DNA of 64,000 nt, taken from the IMG/VR virus record IMGVR_UViG_3300036766_000876, positions 30,300 to 94,299 of that record; one strand, written 5' to 3'. A program made the translations under genes and the position numbers. Source of the DNA: a virus. The notes beneath the pieces were generated by a model that was not told the origin of the DNA, ran no database searches, and saw only the letters and a list, made by a program, of their open reading frames with translations. Each line of letters begins with the position of its first letter. Position 1 is the stretch's first letter. Below, one piece after another: positions 35,768-45,529 of this stretch.

Positions 35768-38038
35768 TCAGATTTCGGCTTCAGCAACCCAGTGGCCCTT
35801 ACCGTTGGGCGTGGCTGCTCCTGGGGTGTAGTTACCACCCGTGTTGTTGAGAACGGAGAAGCCTTCCTTGCTGATGGTGCCCGCGACGGAGGCCTTCACC
35901 GCGTCGAGGTCCCAGGAGTTCACACCGCCCGCGGAGGCATCGTAGACCGTGACCGTCGGCGTCGCCCACTTGGACACCTTGAAACGCGGCTGGGAGCCCA
36001 TAGGCCAGGTGGCCGCGTTGGCCGTCAGGAGCACGGAGATGAACGTCCTGTGAGCGCCGTTGTTGGTCGCGGCGGTGGGAGCGGTCTGGAGCTCGTAGCT
36101 CTTCTCGTAGTACCGGAGGCAGGCCTCGTAGTCGGACTGGAGGTCGCCGCCGAACCAGATGTACGGCTCGCCGGGAATCGGGTTGAACGGTGCCGCCGCG
36201 CCAGCGTCGAGCACTTCCACGCCGGCCACCCAGAAGGACTCGTCCGCGCCCGCTGCAACCGCCGTTGGCGTGTGGGTGAAGACGATGGACATGGTGTTGG
36301 CTGTGGTGGGCACGATGGCGGAGCTGATGAACGTGAACTGCGCCCACGTCCCCGTTCCCACAGCGATTCCGTCCGGGCCGGAGATGATGGAGGAGCCGGT
36401 GTACCCGGCGACGACGTTCTCCGTCTCAGCTCCAGTGCCGGTGAACAACGCCACGTCGAGGGTGCCATGGAAGGTGTTCGCCCCGCGCTTCACCCAGCAG
36501 ACGATGCGTGTCCGCCGGCCGCGGAGGTTCTGCACCACGTCCCGGTCGATTTCCTGGATGAGCTGCCGCTTGCTCGTGTCCACGTCGAGGAACGGGCGTT
36601 GCTGGCGAAGGGCGTACCGCGTGTGCCCGGGGAGGCCCGTCGTCTGTTGGTCGATGACGGTGTTGTCCGCCGTGGCGTCGCCGTAGCCGTACCAGTGGTC
36701 GGTCGTGAAGATGCGAGTGCCTGGTGGGGTGACGGTGAACGTCGTCCCGCGCTGCCAGAAGTCGAAGCGCCCGTTGATGACCGCGTTCCGCGCTCGGTAC
36801 TCGTTGTCGGAGTACGCCTTGGTCACCGCGTCCTGCGCCGTCACCGGGTCCAGCACGCTCTGGATGGCCCGCGGACCACCAACGGAGATGAGCTCCCCAG
36901 TGGAGAGGACCTGCCAGCGCTGAACGCCATTGGTGATGAACGTCATCGCGTCAGCGTTGCTCGTCCCGAGGATGCCTGGGATGGCGAAGCGGAGCGCTCC
37001 GAGCTGGTCAACGCTCACCATCAGCGCCGCTGCCGAGCTCATCCACTGCTGGAGGTCCGCGCCGGCCGCGAAGCCGACCACCTGGAGGCCAACCGTAGCC
37101 GCATCGCCCTGCTTGATGCGGAAGGGCGTCGTGATGCCGGTGGCGTTGGTGCCGTCCACCCGGATGGCGTTGGTGAGCGTCCCTGGAGCCCCCAGGATGA
37201 CGTACGCCCTGTCGATGGGGGTGATGTCCTCCCCGCCCATGCCCGCGTACCAGACGTCGAACGTGGCCCCCGCTGTCATGGCGGAGCCAACCTTCCGCTT
37301 CACCGTTCCGGCGGTGAGCGACATGGTGGCCGTGTCCGAGACGTACACGGAGTCCCCGACGACGGCCACGCCGGCCCCAGTGAGGGTGGCGTACCGGCCC
37401 AGGAAGCGGACCTTCATCAACCCGAGGCTGGCCACGGAGGCACTGCCGTCAACCCCGCCCTCGCAGACGACGAGGGGCTCGTCCACCTGGGCCAGCGTCG
37501 TAGCCAACGCCTTGCTGAAGCCTGGCAACGTCTCCTGGCCTGGCAGACCGGACTTGATGATCGAGCTCGCCGTTGCTCTGAGCACATCTCCGCGTGCGAG
37601 GGCACCACCGGAGGCGTTCACCCCGACGAAGATGCCGGGGTCGCCCAGCAGTGTGTCCACGCGTCGGAGGTACCCATTGTACGAGGTGGACCAACCATCG
37701 GCGCTGTCCACCTCCGTCGTCTCGCCGGCTGCCGGGATGCGCTCCAGCGTCTTGAGCTGCTTCACCGCGCAGATGACACGGTTCTCCTGCTCCGTCACCG
37801 CGCCCTGGTTGACGATGAGCCGGAGGAGATAGCTGCCCTCCTTCTTGGGCGTGAAGGTCGGGTTCTGGACCGACACCGAGGAGAGCGCGTCGAGCGCCCC
37901 TGGCGGCTGGTCGAGGATGCTCCAGGTGTACGTCGTCTCACCACCAGCGTTCTGGTTGTCGAGCTGGACGAGGACGTTCAGCGCCAGGGCAGCGTTGCTG
38001 CCAGGCACCGCGTTGACTGTGATGAGGGCCTGGGCCAC
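35768..38038 (-). CDS. tail fibre protein (PKD-like N-terminus, carbohydrate-binding-like C-terminus)
   Basis: YTWSILDQP..NPTFTP..GSYLLRL; QDAVTKAY; RNAVINGRFDFWQRG; CLRYYEK. Confidence 0.7.
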   Translation of the reverse strand: MAQALITVNAVPGSNAALALNVLVQLDNQNAGGETTYTWSILDQPPGALDALSSVSVQNPTFTPKKEGSYLLRLIVNQGAVTEQENRVICAVKQLKTLERIPAAGETTEVDSADGWSTSYNGYLRRVDTLLGDPGIFVGVNASGGALARGDVLRATASSIIKSGLPGQETLPGFSKALATTLAQVDEPLVVCEGGVDGSASVASLGLMKVRFLGRYATLTGAGVAVVGDSVYVSDTATMSLTAGTVKRKVGSAMTAGATFDVWYAGMGGEDITPIDRAYVILGAPGTLTNAIRVDGTNATGITTPFRIKQGDAATVGLQVVGFAAGADLQQWMSSAAALMVSVDQLGALRFAIPGILGTSNADAMTFITNGVQRWQVLSTGELISVGGPRAIQSVLDPVTAQDAVTKAYSDNEYRARNAVINGRFDFWQRGTTFTVTPPGTRIFTTDHWYGYGDATADNTVIDQQTTGLPGHTRYALRQQRPFLDVDTSKRQLIQEIDRDVVQNLRGRRTRIVCWVKRGANTFHGTLDVALFTGTGAETENVVAGYTGSSIISGPDGIAVGTGTWAQFTFISSAIVPTTANTMSIVFTHTPTAVAAGADESFWVAGVEVLDAGAAAPFNPIPGEPYIWFGGDLQSDYEACLRYYEKSYELQTAPTAATNNGAHRTFISVLLTANAATWPMGSQPRFKVSKWATPTVTVYDASAGGVNSWDLDAVKASVAGTISKEGFSVLNNTGGNYTPGAATPNGKGHWVAEAEI

Positions 38039-38050
38039 GGGGGCTCCCTG

Positions 38051-39220
38051 CTACCGCTTGAGGTTGAGGTTGATGGAGAAGTTGAAGGTAGCGCCAAGGC
38101 CGTTGTCCACCACGCCAGCGTTCATGTGCTTGGCGTTGAACTGCACAGCGGCGTAGGGCTGCCCGATGGCAACCTTCGTCACCGGGTTGGCGCGGGCAGC
38201 GTTGGCCATGAGGCCTTGGATCGTCGCGTCCACGACCCCTGTCGAGAACACCGCGTTGACGACGTAGAAGACCGCTACCGCGGGCGGAATGTAGATGACC
38301 GGGAGCGGGTGGACTGCCCCGCCCAGCGAAGCGAAGGCCCCGCCGCCGATGACGTACAGCGTGGCCTCCGCGCCGGCTGTCGTGGCGGAGCAGACGACGA
38401 TCGCCTTGTACCCAGGAGGCGCATCGAGCGTGACGAGGGTCGGGGCCGCAGATCCGCCCGTTGCGACGACGGCAGCCTCCGCCGAGACGGTGGTGAGCCC
38501 GTAGGGGGAGAGAATGACGCGGAGGTCCTTGATGACGTCCGCGTCGAGCGTCACCACCGCGGAGCCGACAAGCACCTCACCAATCTTGATGTACCCGGCG
38601 GTGGTCGCTGGGGCGACGGGCACGACGCCAGGGACGCCGGTCTTGTACCCAATGGCCCCCGTGCTGTTGGTGGGTGATGCCACCACGCTCACGCTGCCGT
38701 CGGCCTTCCAAGAGAGCGTCTTGTTGACGCTGGAGGCGACGAACGCCTGCGAGCCAACATCGAACACGTCGCGGGAAGTGGAGTCCGTGAGCGTCCTGGA
38801 GTTGAGCTTCACCTCGATGATGTCGATGCGGCTGTTGGGCCCCGCGGGCGCCGCAGGCACCGTGATGCTCTGCTCAGCAGTGAGGAGCGCCGGCTTGTAG
38901 CGCGCGAGGTCGTTCAGGCCGACGACGCTGCCCACAGCGGCGGTCTGCGTGGATGTGTCCACCAGGAAGCCCAGACCGGGCTTGAGCACAACCGTCATGC
39001 CGAGAACGGAGGCCGGCGCCGGGAAGAAGCCCGCGCCGATGAAGCCGCTTGGCGGCACGGAGGCAGAGTTGGCGTCCACGTTGGACGCCCGCGGGAGCAT
39101 GAGGCGGTCAACGAGCTCGCGGAGCGTCTGGTCGAGGTACGACTCGGCCATGTTGATGTCAGAGGACAACGGCCTCTCAAGGAAGTTGATGACCTCGCGG
39201 TCGAACGGGCTGTTGGACAT
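38051..39220 (-). CDS. baseplate/fibre-attachment structural protein
   Basis: 389 aa; PNSRIDII...GVPGVVPVAPATTAGYIKIGEV pattern. Confidence 0.55.
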   Translation of the reverse strand: MSNSPFDREVINFLERPLSSDINMAESYLDQTLRELVDRLMLPRASNVDANSASVPPSGFIGAGFFPAPASVLGMTVVLKPGLGFLVDTSTQTAAVGSVVGLNDLARYKPALLTAEQSITVPAAPAGPNSRIDIIEVKLNSRTLTDSTSRDVFDVGSQAFVASSVNKTLSWKADGSVSVVASPTNSTGAIGYKTGVPGVVPVAPATTAGYIKIGEVLVGSAVVTLDADVIKDLRVILSPYGLTTVSAEAAVVATGGSAAPTLVTLDAPPGYKAIVVCSATTAGAEATLYVIGGGAFASLGGAVHPLPVIYIPPAVAVFYVVNAVFSTGVVDATIQGLMANAARANPVTKVAIGQPYAAVQFNAKHMNAGVVDNGLGATFNFSINLNLKR

Positions 39221-39224
39221 GGTT

Positions 39225-40463
39225 CTATTCTCCCTGGAGCTCTAGGACTGCGACCACGCCAGCCGCCCGGATGCGCTGAAGGGTGGCGTACAGCCGGCTG
39301 TATACCGCGTTCTTGCCATCGTCGAACCCATCCCAGCAGCCGGGCCCGAGGAAGTCCGTGCCAAGGTCCGCTGGCGCCACATCGTAGCTACCCAGGGAGC
39401 GCTTGCCGACAGCGCTGAGGAGGTCGAAGGCATCCACGTCCACGGGGCTCGCCGGGGAGCTTTGCCACGGGAAGCCGCGATCCGTGACGGGCTGGAGGTT
39501 GGGCACCACGACGATGAAGGCCCCGCGGGCGATGGACTCGTCCAGCCAGCGATTGCGGTAGGGCGTCGGGTCCCGCGGGTCGTCGTAGACGAACAGGTTG
39601 GGGTCGTAGTTGCTCCCCGGCAGCGGCAGGTCGGCCGGCGCATCCCAGCAGGTCTGGAAGGCAACGTCCCACGTCTCGATGAAGGCGTATGAGAGCCCGA
39701 AGGGGAACAGAATCTGCTGGAGCGCCCGGTCAACCGCGTTGGGGCTGATGTTGTCCGGCAGCGCGCGGATGCGCCCACGGTACGAGTCGTCGAGCTCGCC
39801 AAGGGAGCGCGCAATCTGCCTGTCGGCCCCATGCTCGTCGAGCGCTGCGTCTCTCCCGCCGGTCGTCTCGATGGGGTGGCGCACCAGGATGGTGATGTCC
39901 CCGTAGTCCGGATCCTCGACCAGGGTGTCGATGGTGTCGATTTCCCCTGGGAGGCTGGTGCCGTCGAGGGTGAGGACGATGCCAGGCTCGTTGTACTGGT
40001 AGCCCGGGCGAGTCGCTTGGACACCCACCAGGAAGGGCCCAAGGTCCGCCGCCAAGAAGGTGATGTCCTCCGTCGTGGAGTACGTCCTGCCGCCGCGGCT
40101 GGAGCGGACGACCGTACCCTGCTTCACGATGACGGTGATGCCGTCCGAATGCACAGCGGGGCGGTAGAGCTCGACGGAGCCCGTTGCTCGCGCTGGCCCG
40201 CTGGAGGAGAGGATGTACCCACTGGAGCCAAGGTTCTCCACGGCCAGGGAGAGCCTGGCGCCGACCTGGGACATGGCTTGGACGAGCTCCCAGCCAGGCC
40301 CCGGGTCCTTCAGCGGAGCCGTGTAGTGGTTCGGCAGCACCCTCTCGATGAGCTCGATGATGTCGTCCTGCGTGAACGCAGTCACCGCCCCAGGGAGGGT
40401 GGGGGAGGCCGTCGTCCCGCCGGAGGCGGGTGGCCGGACGAGCTTGGAGAACGGGTCTGCCAC
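39225..40463 (-). CDS. baseplate wedge protein (second J-like)
   Basis: ATGSV...GTVV...TTEDITF...TTGGRD...ELDDSYRGRI. Confidence 0.6.
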   Translation of the reverse strand: MADPFSKLVRPPASGGTTASPTLPGAVTAFTQDDIIELIERVLPNHYTAPLKDPGPGWELVQAMSQVGARLSLAVENLGSSGYILSSSGPARATGSVELYRPAVHSDGITVIVKQGTVVRSSRGGRTYSTTEDITFLAADLGPFLVGVQATRPGYQYNEPGIVLTLDGTSLPGEIDTIDTLVEDPDYGDITILVRHPIETTGGRDAALDEHGADRQIARSLGELDDSYRGRIRALPDNISPNAVDRALQQILFPFGLSYAFIETWDVAFQTCWDAPADLPLPGSNYDPNLFVYDDPRDPTPYRNRWLDESIARGAFIVVVPNLQPVTDRGFPWQSSPASPVDVDAFDLLSAVGKRSLGSYDVAPADLGTDFLGPGCWDGFDDGKNAVYSRLYATLQRIRAAGVVAVLELQGE

Positions 40464-40466
40464 GGC

Positions 40467-40916
40467 TCAGACGAGCGTCCAGGCGTAGTTCACGCTGGAG
40501 ATGGGGTTGAGGTTGCCGGACGTGTCCACGCCCATGGGGACGAGCTTTGGGCTCGCGGGCCAGCCCTCCTGGCGGAGGACGGTGAAGCTGAAGCCATTGG
40601 CGATCGCCGTCTTCACGTTGCCAACGGAAGCCGGGTAGCGCTGGGAGAATGCGTCCCCGTCATGGACCACCTCGTACACCTTGATGTTGGGGAACTGGGC
40701 GAGAACGACGATGCGGCCGAACCCAGCGGCGTCCGTGATGGTGAAGGTGATGCCCTGCGTCTGGCTCACAGCTGTGCCAACGGCCGGCGAGAAGCCGCCA
40801 ACAACGGGGGCCGTTGTGTCGAACGCAAACGACAGCGGCGCATCAACGACGATGCGGATGACCGGGTAGAGGTCGGCCACGACACCTGCGATGGCGTCAA
40901 CGTTGATGTCGGCCAC
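40467..40916 (-). CDS. Ig-like virion protein
   Basis: DTTAPVV..FSPA...ITFTITD. Confidence 0.55.
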   Translation of the reverse strand: MADINVDAIAGVVADLYPVIRIVVDAPLSFAFDTTAPVVGGFSPAVGTAVSQTQGITFTITDAAGFGRIVVLAQFPNIKVYEVVHDGDAFSQRYPASVGNVKTAIANGFSFTVLRQEGWPASPKLVPMGVDTSGNLNPISSVNYAWTLV

Positions 40917-40931
40917 GGGGCTCCTCCTCTC

Positions 40932-41966
40932 TTACAGGGTCGGCACGACCGAGAACGGCACCAGGGTGCTCCCGACGACGTGCTGCACAGGCGAGCCTGA
41001 GTTCGGATAGCTGGCTCCAACAGGAGGCGCCCCCATGCACCAGAGGTCCGGGATGCGCCCACGGTCACCATTGAAGCCGACGCCTTCAAAAGAATAAAGC
41101 CAGAGCGGGTAGGCGTTCCAGTTACCAGTGACGGCGTCAACGAGCGCCGCGTCGAAGAAGACAACGCCCCCGAAATTCCACTGGACGATCCCGCTGGTCC
41201 CACCTGCTGCCGTGTTGTTCGAGCGCCGCCCGGTGAAGCCGGTGTTTGCCGCCAGCCCCGAAGCGTACACCCCGGCCCCGCGCCCCGTTGAGGCGGTGGT
41301 GTTGAACCCAGTCCACGTCTTGGCGAGGTCCCCCGTGTGGGTTTCCACCGCGTTCATCATCGTAAAGAACGTGTGGAACACGCCGGTCGCGGTGCGGCTG
41401 GCGCAGAAGACCCACTCCCCGTTCGCGTTGACCGTGAAGTGTGTGTTCGCTGCCGCCACCGTCACGTCGTTGATGAACGTAATTTGCGTGGTGGCAATCG
41501 GAGCCGTACCAGGGAGCAACGGGTGCCATCCCTCAGTGGTCGTCGGGCGGGTCGTGATGGAGCCGCCCGTGAAGGCCGTCTTGGAGAAGGTGAAGCCAGC
41601 GAGTGTTGTCGTCGCGCTGTTGAGGTCGATGCAGAGGTAGATGGGGCCAGCCGCCGCAGGGCTCTTGAGGACAATCCACGAGTGATTCGCGCCGTTCGCA
41701 GCCTGGACGAGCTTGGTAGCATCGAAGGCAGTCAGCCAGCGGTTGGAGGCGTCAATGCCCGCCGTCACACCGTCACTGCTTCCTTCACAGGTCCAGAGCG
41801 AGCCAGCCGGGCGGGTGCCGCCAGTCGTACCAGTGGCGACGTTGCCCAGGAGGTGCGCCGCGAGCATCCACAGCCAGCTCTTGGCGACGTTCGCCGCCGT
41901 CGTCACATCAGGGAACGGTGCGTTGCAGCGCGAGTACCAAGTGGACAGGAGGACTGGAGCGGCCAT
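40932..41966 (-). CDS. virion structural protein
   Basis: 344 aa, T/G/A-rich, inside the baseplate cluster. Confidence 0.55.
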   Translation of the reverse strand: MAAPVLLSTWYSRCNAPFPDVTTAANVAKSWLWMLAAHLLGNVATGTTGGTRPAGSLWTCEGSSDGVTAGIDASNRWLTAFDATKLVQAANGANHSWIVLKSPAAAGPIYLCIDLNSATTTLAGFTFSKTAFTGGSITTRPTTTEGWHPLLPGTAPIATTQITFINDVTVAAANTHFTVNANGEWVFCASRTATGVFHTFFTMMNAVETHTGDLAKTWTGFNTTASTGRGAGVYASGLAANTGFTGRRSNNTAAGGTSGIVQWNFGGVVFFDAALVDAVTGNWNAYPLWLYSFEGVGFNGDRGRIPDLWCMGAPPVGASYPNSGSPVQHVVGSTLVPFSVVPTL

Positions 41967-41977
41967 GGTTCGACTCC

Positions 41978-43186
41978 TTAGACTTCGATGTACGCATCCG
42001 GGTTGGACCCAGTGATGATCGGCTGGTCTGTCTGAGCCGAGAGCGCGCTGACGAGCCCCAGGCTTGTGCGGAGGACCTGGAGGGGCTTCACCACCACGTT
42101 CCCCGAGGGGCTCACGAACCCGTTGCCGGATGTGGCCAGCCCTGGTGTCGAGGCGAGCGCCGCCTGCGCGTCAACCAGAGCGAACGGAGCCCCTGGTGCC
42201 AGCGCGTTGACGTAGGCCACCACGGCAGCGCGCGCGAGGAGCGCTGCCTGAGCCACGTCCGCCCCGGCGACGAAGGTGAGCGCAAGCTGGAAGGCCTGAA
42301 GGATGACGGAGCCGACTGTCACCTGGACGAAGACGCCCGCAGGGCGTACGTCCGCGAGGGCGTTGAAGACGGTGGTGGCGAGGACCTGGCTCTGCGTCTC
42401 GTACCGGGGAGGAATCGTGCTGTACGTGGCGAACTGCTCCGTGAAGGAATCCGCCACAACAAGCTGAACCATCCGCGCCGGGCGCCCCAGCGCGTCGATG
42501 ACCTCGAACGCAGTGGCCGTCTGAACGCCTGGAACGCCGAGGGCTGCCTCCTCGATGGCGCCGAGCGTCCCGCGCCGCACAGTCGAGAAGAAGCGCCGGG
42601 CCCTGTCCTTTAGGCTGTCGTCCGTCTCGGCGTCGTCCGCGCCGGCTGTGGCGAACGGGTTGGTGACGGTGAGGTCGCTCGGCTGGCTGGTGATGGCCGT
42701 GGTGATGCTGGTGATGGTGCCGGACTTCACGTTCTGCGTGGCCCCAGCCAGCACGCTGCGCACGGCGCAGGTGACCGGGCCGGTGGTGGACACTGGGAAG
42801 ATGACCGACTCCGTGGTGACGAACTCGGTGCCGTCGGCCGTCTGGAGGCGGATGCCAGTGGGGATGGTGAATGTGACGAGCGTGGCCGTCGTGGTGCGGA
42901 ACTGGACGGACCCGAGGCTGGCCGCGGCTGGCTTCCTCACCAAGCCGTAGCGGTCAAACACGAGCCTGTCGAGGGCCGCCGCCTTGGCGCTGTTGAGGTA
43001 CAGGCCCGTCTCGACGCCAGCGAGCTGGCCGATGACTTGGTCGCCCACGGCTGCGATGGCTGCCACGAGGATGTTGGCGTCCGCGCCCTCGCGCTCGATG
43101 GCGTCGCGGCTCACCTTCGAGTTGCGAAGGAGCGCCTCGTCGCGAGCGACACGGAACAAGTCACTGAAGGTCGGGAAATCGGCCAT
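41978..43186 (-). CDS. baseplate J-like (Mu gp47-like) wedge protein
   Basis: LDRL...GLVRKPA, VTNP..TAGADDAETDDSLKDR, RGTLGAIEEAALGVPGV. Confidence 0.85.
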   Translation of the reverse strand: MADFPTFSDLFRVARDEALLRNSKVSRDAIEREGADANILVAAIAAVGDQVIGQLAGVETGLYLNSAKAAALDRLVFDRYGLVRKPAAASLGSVQFRTTTATLVTFTIPTGIRLQTADGTEFVTTESVIFPVSTTGPVTCAVRSVLAGATQNVKSGTITSITTAITSQPSDLTVTNPFATAGADDAETDDSLKDRARRFFSTVRRGTLGAIEEAALGVPGVQTATAFEVIDALGRPARMVQLVVADSFTEQFATYSTIPPRYETQSQVLATTVFNALADVRPAGVFVQVTVGSVILQAFQLALTFVAGADVAQAALLARAAVVAYVNALAPGAPFALVDAQAALASTPGLATSGNGFVSPSGNVVVKPLQVLRTSLGLVSALSAQTDQPIITGSNPDAYIEV

Positions 43187-43197
43187 TGCGCGCTACC

Positions 43198-44334
43198 TCA
43201 TACCACGAGGCCTGCGTTCCCCGTCGTGTACGCGATGTCCACCTGCTCTCCCGTCTTCCGCAGCCGTGCCGCCACAGCCACGTTCAGCACACCGCCCGTC
43301 GAGAGCGAGAGCGTGGCGGAAGCTGCCTCTACCTCAGGCTCCTTGGCGCACTGCGCCTCCACGGCAGCCTTGAGCTTCACGAGGTCCGCCACTGGCAACG
43401 GCTCCTTCACCCGGAAGCCGATGCCGTAGTTGGGCAGGTGGAAGAAGTCCCCTGGGGAGCTCATCAGCCGGCGGAGGATGAGCTTCCGCACCAGGGCGGG
43501 CCCGCTCTCCAACTTGTAGTCGCCGGAGGGGTCGAGCTGGAGCGTGCCAGCCAGGAACGTGGAGCCTGGGAGCTGCGGGTTGGCGAAGTCCTTGGTGCGC
43601 ACGCGGCTGTTGGCGAGCCTGTCAGCCACCGTGAGGGTGTTGGCGTCGAGGAGCCCCAGGAAGTCGGCGGACCGGGGTGAGACGATGGGGCTGCCGCCCA
43701 CGTCCAGGAGCGTCGTGCTGCTGACGCGGTGCGTAGCAGCCGCCGGCCCGAGCTCCTCCAGGAGCAGGAGCCGGTATGTGTAGGTGCCGACCTGGACAGC
43801 CTCCACGACGTGGAGGAAGGCGAAGGTGTCGAGGCGCTGGAGCATCCAGGTGTTGGGGTTGAGCGCGTCGCCCACCAGGAACGGGCTGTTGTCCTGCACG
43901 AGGTTGGAGGTGGTGACGTCCACCTCCCTCGTTGAGACGGCCCTGGCGCTCGCCAGGCCGACTCCGATGGAGCCGGCTGCGTCTCCGTAGGGGAGGATCC
44001 CAAAGTCGTCCAGGCCAAGCCCCGGTGGCCGCGCAGCCACCGTGCAGCGGGCGGTCGCGGCGGCAAGGGCACCGCTGCTCGCGCTGAGCGTACGGGCACC
44101 GTTCGTGCGCATACGCGCAACGAAGAGCTTGGTCCCTGCGTCAGCTCCAGCAAACGTGTACGGATTGGGAGACGGCAGCGTAGCGGCTGCGTCCGAGCTC
44201 GCCCAGGTGACGGTGCCAACGAAGCCAGGGTCTACGGTCCCGTCAGCGTTCCTGGCTGTGAGGCGGAATTGGTGCTGGAAGCCGGCGACGACGTTCCTGG
44301 GCCACTCCTGGATGTCGAGGTAGGTGGCAGCCAT
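43198..44334 (-). CDS. Ig-like domains fused to a gp25/W-like baseplate domain
   Basis: N-terminal GTVTWASSD..ATLP; C-terminal ILRRLMSSPGDFFHLPNYG. Confidence 0.6.
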   Translation of the reverse strand: MAATYLDIQEWPRNVVAGFQHQFRLTARNADGTVDPGFVGTVTWASSDAAATLPSPNPYTFAGADAGTKLFVARMRTNGARTLSASSGALAAATARCTVAARPPGLGLDDFGILPYGDAAGSIGVGLASARAVSTREVDVTTSNLVQDNSPFLVGDALNPNTWMLQRLDTFAFLHVVEAVQVGTYTYRLLLLEELGPAAATHRVSSTTLLDVGGSPIVSPRSADFLGLLDANTLTVADRLANSRVRTKDFANPQLPGSTFLAGTLQLDPSGDYKLESGPALVRKLILRRLMSSPGDFFHLPNYGIGFRVKEPLPVADLVKLKAAVEAQCAKEPEVEAASATLSLSTGGVLNVAVAARLRKTGEQVDIAYTTGNAGLVV

Positions 44335-44696
44335 CAGGTCACCACGGCCCGGTCAGTAACCCTTCTCCATGCGGCGCCGTCCGAGAAGGCTGGCACCGCT
44401 CCACCCGACTCGTTGGAGACGTACACAAGGCGCCCCGCCCCGGCCGTTGCTGGCGCCGGGAGGCCCGCCACGGTGAAGCTGGGGAGCGCTGAGCCGTAGG
44501 TGGTGAGGAAGGCGCGAATCTCCGTCATCAGGACGACCTTGTAGAGGTCGATGACCTGCTGCGGAATCAAGGTGAGCGGGATGGGCGGAGCGATGGTGAC
44601 TCCGCCCGTGGTTCCATCCTTGAGGCTGTCTGCCAGCTCGGTGGCGAAGGCCGCGGCGATGGCGGCTTCCTGCGCAGTGACGTTGAGGGCGGCCAT
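44334..44696 (-). CDS. small baseplate/fibre-associated protein
   Basis: LVYVSNE..GAVPAFSDGAAWRR. Confidence 0.55.
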   Translation of the reverse strand: MAALNVTAQEAAIAAAFATELADSLKDGTTGGVTIAPPIPLTLIPQQVIDLYKVVLMTEIRAFLTTYGSALPSFTVAGLPAPATAGAGRLVYVSNESGGAVPAFSDGAAWRRVTDRAVVT

Positions 44697-44706
44697 GGCG
44701 CTCCTT

Positions 44707-45528
44707 CTACGACGTTTTGCTCACGGTTGAGAGGTACGTCACGCCGGCCGCCTCGAAGGCAACGTTCGCAGCGATGAGTTGCGCTGTTGCGGAAATGAGG
44801 AGGGCGCTGGCGGAGGCGAGGATGGGCGCACCAATCATCGGGCCGACGATCGGGAGCAGGTGGAACACGGATGCCGTCAGGATGAGCCCGGAGGCCGTCG
44901 CAATCAGCGTGTAGGCTGCCTGGTTCTCGGTGTTCAGGACCGTCTCTTGGGTGCGGTACGTCGTGCCCTTGATGACCTGCTCCGTGGCCCCCTCGTCACC
45001 GAGGCGCACGTTCCCCGTCTTCAGGGTGACGGTGGCCGCCTCCAGGTATTGCTTGCCGGAGGTCTTCCAGCGCATCTCAGCGTCACCCTCGACCTGAATC
45101 TCCCCACCACCGGAGAGGAGCTGGCGGATGTTCTTCCCGCTCTCCAGCACGTCCACCATGTCGCCCGGGTTGTCCGAGACGAGGGCCGGCGGTGGGTCTG
45201 CGGCGCTCCACAGGCGCGCCTGGACGATGCCGCCAGTGGCCGGGTCCCCATCCGGGAAGGCGATGATGAGCTCGTCGTCCTTGTGGATGAGCCCCTTGTT
45301 CTGCCCGAAGCCGTTGCCCGCGTAGCCCTGGGGGACGCGCACAGTGACCTGCACGCCGGAGGGGAGGAGCTGCACGGCAGCCATGTGGCCGTGCTTCGCG
45401 TCTACCTTGGACTCCTCCATGGCGAAGGCCAGGGAGTACCAGATGCGCGGGTCGATGCCTGGCCGCGCCAAGCCCGCCGCCAAGCGGGTGAGGTCGATGG
45501 TCGAGCCAACACGGGAGCGGCGCATCAT
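44707..45528 (-). CDS. baseplate central spike (gpV/gp45-like)
   Basis: OB-fold-like YAGNGFG...DDELIIAFPDGD; VRLGD...VIKG; LSTVSKT. Confidence 0.7.
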   Translation of the reverse strand: MMRRSRVGSTIDLTRLAAGLARPGIDPRIWYSLAFAMEESKVDAKHGHMAAVQLLPSGVQVTVRVPQGYAGNGFGQNKGLIHKDDELIIAFPDGDPATGGIVQARLWSAADPPPALVSDNPGDMVDVLESGKNIRQLLSGGGEIQVEGDAEMRWKTSGKQYLEAATVTLKTGNVRLGDEGATEQVIKGTTYRTQETVLNTENQAAYTLIATASGLILTASVFHLLPIVGPMIGAPILASASALLISATAQLIAANVAFEAAGVTYLSTVSKTS

Positions 45529-45529
45529 C

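Noticed and set aside
35504-38677. 1057 aa plus-strand ORF, and similar long plus-strand ORFs such as 51471-54110, 55938-57830, 31887-33701 and 15338-17050
   Set aside because: Antisense shadows of well-supported minus-strand genes. High GC3 suppresses stops, and the translations are R/G/V-rich with no motifs.
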